DNA of 64,000 nucleotides. It comes from an uncultured Verrucomicrobia subdivision 3 bacterium (GTDB lineage: Bacteria > Verrucomicrobiota > Verrucomicrobiia > Limisphaerales > UBA11358). The translations under genes and the position numbers were made by a program. The DNA is taken from positions 7,642-71,641 of the forward strand of contig CAIKKJ010000151.1 of the NCBI GenBank assembly GCA_903827955.1. The letters run 5' to 3'. Below are positions 52,481-60,990 of the stretch, piece by piece. Within the stretch, counting starts at the first letter, position 1; each line of letters opens with the position of its first letter. A model generated the notes under the pieces. That model saw only the letters and a list, made by a program, of their open reading frames with translations. It ran no database searches and was not told the origin of the DNA.

Positions 52481-53938
52481 ATGGCGAAGAGCGGCGTGGC
52501 GTTTGGCACCAGCGGCGCGCGCGGCCTGGCCACGGCGATGACCGACCAGGTCTGCTACGCCTACACCAAAGGATTTCTCCAATACCTTGAATCCATTGGC
52601 GAAATCAAGCGGGCAGGGGAGCGCGTCGCCGTCGGCGGCGATTTCCGGCCCAGCACGAGCCGCGTGATGGCAGCGGTCTGCCGCGCGGCCGATGACCTGG
52701 GTTACCGCGCGGTGAACTGCGGGAAGATTCCTTCGCCCGCAGTCGCGCTGTTCGGGTTTGAAAACAAAATTCCTTCCATCATGGTCACGGGCAGCCACAT
52801 TCCCGACGATCGCAACGGCATCAAATTTAATAAGTGCGGCGGCGAAGTCTTGAAGTCGGACGAACGGGGCATGAGCAGCCAGATTGTGGAACTGGACGAT
52901 GCGATGTTCGGCGCGGATGGAAATTTTGCAAGGCCAACGGTGCCGCACGACGTTTCTCCCGTCGCCGGAGAAAATTATGCGATGCGCTATTTGAATTTTT
53001 TTGCGCACGACGCCTTGAGAGGTCTGCGCATCGGGGTGTATCAGCATTCCGCCGTCGGTCGTGATGTGCTGGTGAAAATATTCTCGCATCTCGGCGCGGA
53101 AGTCACCGCGCTCGGCCGCTCGGAGAAATTTATTCCCGTGGACACCGAGGCGATTCGCCCGGAAGACGTGCAGCTCGCGCACGACTGGGCGGCGACGGGG
53201 AAATTTGATGCGCTTGTTTCCGCCGACGGTGACAGCGACCGTCCGCTCGTGAGTGACGAGCACGGCAACTGGCTGCGCGGCGATGTGGCGGGAATTTTGT
53301 GCGCGATATTTTTGCAGGCCGATTCCATCAGCACGCCGGTGAGCTGCAACACGGCTGCGGAAAAATGCGGCTGGTTCCGCGACATCCGCCGCACGCGCAT
53401 TGGCTCGCCGTTCGTGGTGGCTTCGATGATACAAGCCAGTATTGACGGGGCAAAACGTGTCGTCGGCTACGAGGCGAACGGCGGTTTTCTGCTGAATTCT
53501 GACATCGAAAGGGACGGAAGATTTCTCCGTGCCTTGCCGACGCGCGACGCGGTGATCGTGATGCTGGGAATTTTATTGCTGGCAAAGGCGCAGAAGAAAA
53601 CCGTTTCGCAACTGGCGGCAGCCTTGCCCGCGCGGTTCACGGCGAGCGACCGGCTGAAAAATTTTCCGACGGAAAGTAGCGTGGCTATTTTGGCGAAATT
53701 TAATTCCGGCTCGGACGCGACTGACAAATCAGAAATTGAAAAAATGTTCGGCAGCATTTGCGGCAACGTTTCCACGCTGAACCGCATCGATGGTTTGCGT
53801 CTCACATTTGCGAACGAAGAGATCATCCACCTGCGTCCGTCCGGCAACGCGCCGGAATTCCGTTGTTACGCCGAGGCAAAAAGCGACGAGCGCGCCCGCG
53901 AAATCACCGCGAACGCGCTCGCTAAAATTGCCGGCTGA
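52481..53938 (+). CDS. phosphomannomutase/phosphoglucomutase (alpha-D-phosphohexomutase family)
   Basis: The start is MAKSGVAFGTSGARG. Active-site Ser loop TGSHIPDDRNGIK, metal loop SADGDSDRP, sugar loop GYEANGG and phosphate loop RPSGNAPEFRCY. The ORF-track start at 51983 runs through the REP elements and was rejected. Confidence 0.88.
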   Translation: MAKSGVAFGTSGARGLATAMTDQVCYAYTKGFLQYLESIGEIKRAGERVAVGGDFRPSTSRVMAAVCRAADDLGYRAVNCGKIPSPAVALFGFENKIPSIMVTGSHIPDDRNGIKFNKCGGEVLKSDERGMSSQIVELDDAMFGADGNFARPTVPHDVSPVAGENYAMRYLNFFAHDALRGLRIGVYQHSAVGRDVLVKIFSHLGAEVTALGRSEKFIPVDTEAIRPEDVQLAHDWAATGKFDALVSADGDSDRPLVSDEHGNWLRGDVAGILCAIFLQADSISTPVSCNTAAEKCGWFRDIRRTRIGSPFVVASMIQASIDGAKRVVGYEANGGFLLNSDIERDGRFLRALPTRDAVIVMLGILLLAKAQKKTVSQLAAALPARFTASDRLKNFPTESSVAILAKFNSGSDATDKSEIEKMFGSICGNVSTLNRIDGLRLTFANEEIIHLRPSGNAPEFRCYAEAKSDERAREITANALAKIAG

Positions 53939-53940
53939 AT

Positions 53941-54273
53941 TCAGCGCCAACCGCCGCCAACCCACACACGATGATGTCCGCGCCAGCCCCAGTGCGGGCC
54001 GACCCATATCGCACCCGGATGCGGCCGGTGCATCCAGTGACCGCCGGCCCAAATCCAATGGCCGCGCCATTCCCAGCAGCCGGGCGTCCAAAACCACACC
54101 GCCAGCGGGCCCGGCGCGACGGTGACAATTTCAGTTTGCGGTGGCGGCGGCGCGGGTGCTTCCTCGCCCGCCACTGGGCGGTCGCGATAGACGACTTCAC
54201 GGGTGACACAGCCGGCCAGCAACGGCAGGCAGGCGGCGACCAGGACAGTGCGGAACAGGGGAAATGTTTTCAT
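53941..54273 (-). CDS. small Trp/Gly/His-rich lipoprotein (WxxGxW-repeat type)
   Basis: 110 aa with lipobox LLAGC. The C-terminal half consists of W-rich repeats (WFWTPGCWEWRGHWIWAGGHWMHRP...WVGPHWGWRGHHRVWVGGGW). Confidence 0.7.
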   Translation of the reverse strand: MKTFPLFRTVLVAACLPLLAGCVTREVVYRDRPVAGEEAPAPPPPQTEIVTVAPGPLAVWFWTPGCWEWRGHWIWAGGHWMHRPHPGAIWVGPHWGWRGHHRVWVGGGWR

Positions 54274-54405
54274 ATCACCGTATCAGACGCGGCCAATCGA
54301 AAATTGTTTCAACCAATCGCGCCGCAATTCACCGCCAACAAATCGCAAGCGCCCGGCAGCCCGTTGAATTGACTTGGCGGCGGCGCAGTTTAATTTGCCA
54401 GTGTC

Positions 54406-54690
54406 GTGTCAAATTTAAGCCAGCCTCTAGCCACCGTGCGGCTCGATGAACTCGCCCCGCGCGTTTGCGCCGTGGTGCGCAGTGTCGAGACGGACGACGA
54501 GGACACGTTGCGCCTCAAGACGCTTGGCATCTGCGTGGGCCGCCGCGTGGAGCTGGTGCGCGCGGGAAATCCACTCATCGTGAAAATTTTTGGTTCGCGC
54601 CTCGGACTTTCCGCAGAACTGGCCCGTCGTGTGCGCGTGGAAATCTGTTTGCCCGATCACTGCGCCCTGCACGAAAACGAAGCGGTATGA
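54406..54690 (+). CDS. feoA: ferrous iron transport protein FeoA
   Basis: FeoA/SH3-like pattern ...LRLKTLGICVGRRVELVRAGNPLIVKIFGSRLGLS.... The stop overlaps the feoB start (ATGA). The start is uncertain (GTG at 54406 or GTG at 54436). Confidence 0.8.
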   Translation: MSNLSQPLATVRLDELAPRVCAVVRSVETDDEDTLRLKTLGICVGRRVELVRAGNPLIVKIFGSRLGLSAELARRVRVEICLPDHCALHENEAV

Positions 54691-56708
54691 ACGAATGTTA
54701 CGACAACGATCTCACCCCGGTTCCGCATCACGCTTTCACGCTGGCGCTCGTCGGCAATCCCAATGCCGGCAAAACCACATTATTCAATGCGCTTACCGGC
54801 TTGCGCGCGAAGACCGCAAATTTCCCCGGCACGACCGTGGAGCGCAAAGTGGGTCGCCTGCACCTCGATCACAAACAAATCGTGGTCGTGGACCTGCCCG
54901 GTCTTTACAGTCTCGACAGCAAATCGCCGGATGAAAAACTGGCGGCGGATGCGTTGCAGGGAAAACTGGACCACGTCGCACCTTCCGCCGCGCTCGTCGT
55001 CGTGGACGCAACCAACCTTGAGCGGAATTTATTTCTCGTCAGCCAAATCTTGGAGCTAAAAAAAATTCCCGTCGTCGTGGCGCTGAACATGATGGACATG
55101 GCGCGGCGCGATGGCATCCGCATTGACGTGGCGAAATTGCGCGCGGAATTGGGCTGCATGGTTGTGCCGGTTTCGGCGCGGCAGGGTGATGGGCTGGCTG
55201 AACTGAAACATGAACTGAACCGCCTTGCCGAGGGCGCGATGCCGGAGTCGCTCGACCACGCCGATCCAGCCTGCAGCGGCTGCGCCGGCTGCACCTTCCA
55301 GGCGCGCTACGAGTGGACCGAGCAGATTTCTACGAAGGTCATGGACGCCAGCGCGCCGCAACGCTCGGTGTGGACCGACAAGCTGGATGATGTCCTGACG
55401 CATCCGGTCTTCGGCGTCGTGGTATTTCATGTCGTCATGCTGCTGGTGTTTGCGTTGATTTTTTGGGCGGCAAAAATTCCGATGGACTTGATTGACCATC
55501 TGTTCAGCACCATCGGCGGCTGGGTGGCGACCAAAATTCCCGCTGGCGATTTTCAAAGCCTGCTTGTCAATGGCGTCATCGGCGGCGTGGGTGGTATTCT
55601 GGTTTTTCTGCCGCAGATCTGTATTTTATTTTTTGCGCTCTCCATCCTGGAAGACACCGGTTATCTGTCGCGTGCAGCATTTGTGATGGACAAGCTGATG
55701 CGGAAATTCGGCCTGCCCGGCAAGGCGTTTGTGCCGATGCTTTCGGCACATGCGTGTGCGATTCCCGCCATCATGTCCACGCGCGTCATCGAAAATCCCC
55801 GCGACCGGCTGGTGACGATTTTGATCACGCCACTGATGACTTGCTCGGCGCGGATTCCAGTTTATGCAATGGTCACCGCGTTGCTGTTTCCCAATTCGCC
55901 GCTGAAGGCCGGTTTGATTTTCACCGGTGCCTACGCCTTTGGCGTGGCCACGGCGCTGGTGATGGCGCTGATTTTTCGCGGAACGATTTTGCCCGGCGGC
56001 AGCAAGCCGCTGATGATTGAGCTGCCCCAATACCGGATGCCCGGCCTGCGGGTGGCGTTGTTGCACACCTTTGACCGCGCGATGATTTTTGTGAAACAAG
56101 CGGGCACAATCATTCTGGCAATTTCGCTGATTTTATGGGCGCTATCGTATTATCCAAAATCCGCGCCACCCGCCGCCGCCGTGACGTTGAGCGAACAGGC
56201 CGCGCAGCTGGAAAAAGCCGGTGACGCACCGGCAGCAAAAAATTTGCAAGCCGAGGCCGACCGGCTGACGGCGCAATATTCGCTGCAAAATTCCTTCGCC
56301 GGAAAAATCGGGCACCTTATGGAACCGTTCATCGCCCCGCTGGGTTACGACTGGCAGATCGGCATCGGGATTTTCAGCTCCTTCGCCGCGCGCGAGGTGA
56401 TTGTCTCCACGCTATCCATCGTCTATGGCGTGGGCGATGACACGGCGGACAACAACCATCATTCGCTCTACGACTCGCTGCGGCGTGCGAAACGCTCCGA
56501 CGGCACGGTAATTTTTAACACCGCCACGTGCGCGAGCCTGCTGGTGTTTTATATCCTTGCGGCGCAATGCCTCTCCACCACGGCGGTGGTGAAACGTGAA
56601 ACCGGAGGCTGGAAATGGCCGTTGTTTCAAATCGCCTACATGACCGGACTGGCCTACTTGGCCGCGCTCATCGTGTATCAGACGCTGCGGCACTTTGGCC
56701 ACGTCTGA
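54687..56708 (+). CDS. feoB: ferrous iron transporter FeoB
   Basis: 673 aa with G-domain motifs GNPNAGKTTLFNALTG (G1), DLPG (G3) and NMMD (G4), followed by a polytopic membrane domain. The ORF-track start at 54465 overlaps feoA in another frame and was rejected. Confidence 0.93.
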   Translation: MNECYDNDLTPVPHHAFTLALVGNPNAGKTTLFNALTGLRAKTANFPGTTVERKVGRLHLDHKQIVVVDLPGLYSLDSKSPDEKLAADALQGKLDHVAPSAALVVVDATNLERNLFLVSQILELKKIPVVVALNMMDMARRDGIRIDVAKLRAELGCMVVPVSARQGDGLAELKHELNRLAEGAMPESLDHADPACSGCAGCTFQARYEWTEQISTKVMDASAPQRSVWTDKLDDVLTHPVFGVVVFHVVMLLVFALIFWAAKIPMDLIDHLFSTIGGWVATKIPAGDFQSLLVNGVIGGVGGILVFLPQICILFFALSILEDTGYLSRAAFVMDKLMRKFGLPGKAFVPMLSAHACAIPAIMSTRVIENPRDRLVTILITPLMTCSARIPVYAMVTALLFPNSPLKAGLIFTGAYAFGVATALVMALIFRGTILPGGSKPLMIELPQYRMPGLRVALLHTFDRAMIFVKQAGTIILAISLILWALSYYPKSAPPAAAVTLSEQAAQLEKAGDAPAAKNLQAEADRLTAQYSLQNSFAGKIGHLMEPFIAPLGYDWQIGIGIFSSFAAREVIVSTLSIVYGVGDDTADNNHHSLYDSLRRAKRSDGTVIFNTATCASLLVFYILAAQCLSTTAVVKRETGGWKWPLFQIAYMTGLAYLAALIVYQTLRHFGHV

Positions 56709-56915
56709 CGGCATTACGCTTGCGCCATCGGCGTGGCACGGTAGTGTCAAATTGCCACCAGCACCGCTTGGTTCGGAAATGGGAATACGGCTTGGCCTGT
56801 CACCGAGGGGCTAATCCTGAGTTTGACTTAACTGCCCCCGCAGATAGTCAGCCAATTGCCAGAGTAGCTTAAAGGTCATTACACAGCATTTCACCAAAGT
56901 TTGACGAAATCAAAC

Positions 56916-57809
56916 CTATCTGGTTGATGCAGATGCCTTGAAGTGGTTATCCAGGAATTTCAAAATGGTCGGACGCAAGTCGCGTTGCGGTGGCTGGAGG
57001 TCGAACGTGTGGACAGCGCCAGGAATAATTTCCAACTGGTGCTCCACGCCAGCTTGCTTCAGTTTTTCAGCGAACAACTCGGATTGCTTCACGCTCACCG
57101 TTGTGTCCGCTGTGCCGTGACAGATCAAAATGGGAACGGAGTTGCTTCGCACATACGTCACCGGCGACGCGGCGCGATACAACTCTGGCGCTTCGGCAAA
57201 CGTTTTTCCAAGCATTGTCACGTCGTGATAAGTGCCGATGTCCGTGATGCCGTAAAAATCTACACAACATTTCACCGCGCAAGAAACATCGCCGAACGGC
57301 ACTTTCGGGTCGAGGCCATCGCCGGACGTCGTCAGCGCGACCATCGCGGCGAGATGACCGCCAGCCGACCCGCCGGCCACGCCGATGTTGCCGGGATTCA
57401 CGCCGAGATGTTCAGCGTTTTTGCGCAGCCAGCGCACGGCGGTTTTGCAGTCCCAGAGATTCGTCGGCCACACCGCCTGCTTTTTTTCGGACAAGAGGTA
57501 ATCAATGCTCATCACCACGTAGCCGTTGCGCGCGAGGTCGGAGCAGACGCTGATTTCGCGCTTCGCGTCGCGCGTGCCGCCGGTCCAGCCGCCGCCGTGA
57601 ATCCAGACGATGCCCGGCAATTTTTCGTCCTTCGGCATCTCCAGCGGAAAATATAAATCCGCCCGCTCCGTTCGTCCGTCCGGCAAATAGTTCACGCCGC
57701 GCTCGACGCGAATGTCCGTCGGAAAAACGGGCGCGGTCTTGGGTTTCGTTTCCTGCGCGGCGCAGCTCATGCCGAACACGCAGGTCAAAATAAAAATGAC
57801 TTTTTTCAT
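56916..57809 (-). CDS. secreted alpha/beta-hydrolase esterase
   Basis: Signal peptide MKKVIFILTCVFGMSCAAQ, oxyanion motif WIHGGGW and nucleophile elbow GGSAGG (GxSxG), plus the C-terminal HG...D/H context ILICHGTAD. I chose the start at 57809; 57833 would overlap the upstream paralogue. Confidence 0.8.
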   Translation of the reverse strand: MKKVIFILTCVFGMSCAAQETKPKTAPVFPTDIRVERGVNYLPDGRTERADLYFPLEMPKDEKLPGIVWIHGGGWTGGTRDAKREISVCSDLARNGYVVMSIDYLLSEKKQAVWPTNLWDCKTAVRWLRKNAEHLGVNPGNIGVAGGSAGGHLAAMVALTTSGDGLDPKVPFGDVSCAVKCCVDFYGITDIGTYHDVTMLGKTFAEAPELYRAASPVTYVRSNSVPILICHGTADTTVSVKQSELFAEKLKQAGVEHQLEIIPGAVHTFDLQPPQRDLRPTILKFLDNHFKASASTR

Positions 57810-57816
57810 CAAAGAT

Positions 57817-58815
57817 TTATTTCGCGATGACATCCGCCTTCGCCCCGTGTCCGCCTTTCAAATGCTTCTCGAAAAATTGAAACACCAGCGGGCGCAGGTC
57901 GCGCTGCTTCGGCTGCAGGTTGAACGTGTGCGGCGCGTTCGGCACGATGACCAGCTCGTGTTCCGCGCCGGCTTTGGTGAGCGCCGCGTCCAGCGCCTCG
58001 CTTTGCGTGACCGGCACGGTCGCATCTGCCGTGCCGTGGACGATGAGCATCGGCGCGGCGTTTTTGTGCGCGTAATTGACCGGCGACCCTTTCTCGTAAA
58101 GCTCCGGCGCTTCGGCGCGGGTTTTGTTGAACATCTTCATGTCGTGATACTCCATCAATTTCACCGCGCCGTAAAAATCCACCGCGCAGTTCACTGCTGA
58201 CGAGAATTCGCCGTTGGGTTCCTTCATATCAAATCCATTCTTCGGCTGTGTGAGGGCAAGCATCGCGGCGAGATTGCCGCCGGCGGAGCAGCCGATGACG
58301 CCGATGCGGTCGGGATCAATCTGCAACCGCTCCGCGTTTTTCCGCAGCCAGCGCACGGCCGCTTTCGCATCGTAAACGGACTGCGGCCAGGTCACGTCGC
58401 CTTTCTTTTTTCGCAGGCAATAGTTGATGCTCATACAGACGTAGCCTTGCGGCACGAGATTGGTGGTGATGTTGATTTCGCGGGGGCGCGCCTTGTCGCC
58501 GTCGTTGAATCCGCCGCCGTGGATAACGATGATAGCGGGTAATTTTTCCTTGGGCATTTGCAGCGGTGAATAAACATCCGCCGTCTCCTCGCGGTCGACG
58601 CCGAGATACGGCACGTTCGTCTCGACGCGGACATTCGTGGGATAAACCGGCGGGGCGAAAGTCTTGGCTTTCGAGGGCGTTGGCTCCTCCGGCAGTTCGG
58701 CACTAGCATCGGCTGCAGGTGAGGAAGATTTTTTGGTCGCTGTTTCCGCCGCGAGAACGACCGAAGCAGTCAGCACAGCGGTCAGCAGTATGGATGTTGT
58801 CAGGATTTTCTTCAT
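57817..58815 (-). CDS. secreted alpha/beta-hydrolase esterase (tandem paralogue)
   Basis: 332 aa with a signal peptide, VIHGGGF, GCSAGG and LIVHGTAD. It is collinear with the downstream paralogue (...WPQSVYDAKAAVRWLRKNAERL versus WPTNLWDCKTAVRWLRKNAEHL). Confidence 0.8.
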   Translation of the reverse strand: MKKILTTSILLTAVLTASVVLAAETATKKSSSPAADASAELPEEPTPSKAKTFAPPVYPTNVRVETNVPYLGVDREETADVYSPLQMPKEKLPAIIVIHGGGFNDGDKARPREINITTNLVPQGYVCMSINYCLRKKKGDVTWPQSVYDAKAAVRWLRKNAERLQIDPDRIGVIGCSAGGNLAAMLALTQPKNGFDMKEPNGEFSSAVNCAVDFYGAVKLMEYHDMKMFNKTRAEAPELYEKGSPVNYAHKNAAPMLIVHGTADATVPVTQSEALDAALTKAGAEHELVIVPNAPHTFNLQPKQRDLRPLVFQFFEKHLKGGHGAKADVIAK

Positions 58816-59495
58816 GGAATCAAAGTGGGAGCCACGGCGTTGCGCCAGATGGCGTAGCCGGTGGCGTTCATGTGCAGGCGGTCTTCAACGTAAATGTCGG
58901 CACGTGGCAATCCATCCTCGCCAAGCATCAGCGGGAAGGTGTTCACAAAGGTAATTTCATGGCTTTTGCAATAATCGGCGATGAGCGCATTGGCCATTTT
59001 GATTTTCTCCGTTTGCGACCAGCGTTTCGGGCTAGGTGGACAGGAAATGAAGACCAGTTTCGTTTGCGGCAGCGCGGCCCGCAGTTTTTTCATCAAGGCT
59101 ACAAAATCACCGAAGACAACCGCCGGGGCTTTGCCGGCGTTGATGTCGTTGCCGCCCGCGTAAAGCACCACTTCACGCGGCGCGTAGGGAATGACCATTC
59201 GATCGGCATAAGCATAAACGTCGGCCAACTGACAGCCGCCGAAGCCGCGATTCACGGCGCGCATCCCGGGGAAATCTTCGGCCAGCGTCGCCCAGCGACG
59301 GATGTAGGAACTGCCGGTGAAGACAACGCAACCACGCGGCGGCGGGTTCGTGGCGTCCACGCTGGCAAACGCATTGATTTCGTTGGTCCATTTTGAGGCG
59401 TCGTGATGCGCGAGCGAATTGGGCGGCGCGGATGCACACCCGGCAAAAATCCAGACGCCCGTGACAAGCAGAAAAATGAGGCGAAGCGCGCGCAT
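58812..59495 (-). CDS. SGNH/GDSL-family hydrolase, lipoprotein
   Basis: 227 aa with lipobox IFAGC, block I VVFTGSSYI, block III YAGGNDI and a block V-like DRLHMN. Confidence 0.78.
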   Translation of the reverse strand: MRALRLIFLLVTGVWIFAGCASAPPNSLAHHDASKWTNEINAFASVDATNPPPRGCVVFTGSSYIRRWATLAEDFPGMRAVNRGFGGCQLADVYAYADRMVIPYAPREVVLYAGGNDINAGKAPAVVFGDFVALMKKLRAALPQTKLVFISCPPSPKRWSQTEKIKMANALIADYCKSHEITFVNTFPLMLGEDGLPRADIYVEDRLHMNATGYAIWRNAVAPTLIP

Positions 59496-59500
59496 GATTT

Positions 59501-60916
59501 TCAGTCACCTTTTTCGCCGGGCGTGCGCCGGTCAGTGCGGTTGGTTTCGGCGCGGTCAAAAAATTCCACGAGAGAATAGATGCGTTCGTTCAGCGGCTTC
59601 ATCGCCGCGAGTAACGGCGCGTAGGGTTCGTAGCGGTTATTGACGACGCCTTTGTTGGAATCGCGGTTGGAGGGATCAGTGGCTTTCTCTTCGGGATCAT
59701 TGTCCGAGTAACGGAACCAATGCCAGCCCACACAGACTTTTGATTCGAGCAGGCCGAGCGTGAAATTCTGATAGAATAATCCGCGCTCGCGCTGCGTTTT
59801 CACGAGCCAGCCCGCGCCGCCGGTGTTGGCCAGGCCGGAGTCCACGCCTTTGGCATACCACTCGGTGATTAGAATGGGCTTACCCGATTCGCACGACCAC
59901 ATCTGCATCGTCGCGGCGTCCGGTGTCCACGCGCGGTAATAATTCATCGAGACGACATCCACGAAAGGGCCGCACGCACGGAACAATTCCGGCTTGGCGA
60001 TGTCCACCGCGTAAAACCGCGAGCCGAGGTAGAGATGGTTCGGGTCATATTTTTTGATCGCGCGGGAAACGGTCTCGAAATATTTCGCCGCCATGATGCC
60101 GAGAAAATCCGCGTGGTCCCTCGCCGTCACCTCACCAACTGTCGCCTTCGCGCCGTGGCGTGATTGGAGAAATTTCAGCGCCGCCTGATGGCCAGGATCA
60201 TTTTCCGCGAGTGCGAGAAAATTGGTCAGCGCGTGTTTGGGGAACGGCATTTCGTTGTCGGAAAAATAGCCGAGTAGCCACGGGTCGTTTTTATTCGTCA
60301 CAACTTGGCGCGCATAGTCATCACAGAATTTCTCGAAGCCAGGATCGAAAACAAAAATGCAGTCGCTGGGATAGCCGAGATGCCCGGGCTGCATGTGCGT
60401 GCCGCCGCGAATTTTTCCGTAGCCCGCCATAAAACTCAACAGCTTCGTGCGCACGATGGGTTGCTCCGCTCCCATCAACACTTCGTCTTCCGTCCAGCCG
60501 CCCGTGCCATTGAATCCGTTGGTGCGGAGCAGCGCCACCGTGGCGTTGGCCCAGCCGGTGCGACTGGAAAATTTATTCGTGAGCGCTGTTTCCGCACCGG
60601 GTGCAAGAATCGTTTTTACCGACGCCACACCGGCGTTGATGAACAAATTGCCTTCGGGATCCACCAGCCACCAGCGCCCGCCGATTTTCGCCGTGTGAAA
60701 AAAGCCGGTGGCTTTTTCTTTGCGCGCGGTCAACCCGCCGAATTGGTCGAGGCTGGCATCCATCGGGAAGGCCGGCAAAGCTGCCAGCGTCCGTGTTTCC
60801 TGTTCTTTCCACACTGCGCCAGGCTTGGCGGCGACAAGCACGGATGTTTCCGCCCGCAACGGTGCGCCGGAGCCCAGCAGCAGCACTGCGGAAAAAATGT
60901 GCAGGAAACGTTTCAT
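59501..60916 (-). CDS. secreted clan GH-A (TIM-barrel) glycoside hydrolase, family unassigned
   Basis: 471 aa with a signal peptide. The candidate acid/base is in YFSDNEMPF and the candidate nucleophile in ILITEWYAKG, with spacing typical of (beta/alpha)8 retaining glycosidases. I cannot assign a family by eye. Confidence 0.55.
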   Translation of the reverse strand: MKRFLHIFSAVLLLGSGAPLRAETSVLVAAKPGAVWKEQETRTLAALPAFPMDASLDQFGGLTARKEKATGFFHTAKIGGRWWLVDPEGNLFINAGVASVKTILAPGAETALTNKFSSRTGWANATVALLRTNGFNGTGGWTEDEVLMGAEQPIVRTKLLSFMAGYGKIRGGTHMQPGHLGYPSDCIFVFDPGFEKFCDDYARQVVTNKNDPWLLGYFSDNEMPFPKHALTNFLALAENDPGHQAALKFLQSRHGAKATVGEVTARDHADFLGIMAAKYFETVSRAIKKYDPNHLYLGSRFYAVDIAKPELFRACGPFVDVVSMNYYRAWTPDAATMQMWSCESGKPILITEWYAKGVDSGLANTGGAGWLVKTQRERGLFYQNFTLGLLESKVCVGWHWFRYSDNDPEEKATDPSNRDSNKGVVNNRYEPYAPLLAAMKPLNERIYSLVEFFDRAETNRTDRRTPGEKGD

Positions 60917-60990
60917 GTCTTGTGATCAGTGTGCCATTTGCTGGAGAAAACTTAACCGAACATTCGTTCTGTGCCCAGCGGCTTGACCAC

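Noticed and set aside
54366-54400. TTGACT ... TTTAAT as a sigma-70 promoter for feoA, and a possible Fur box
   Set aside because: The hexamers are weak and the spacing is ambiguous. No 19-bp Fur-like palindrome is recognisable by eye, which is not enough to report a regulatory site.
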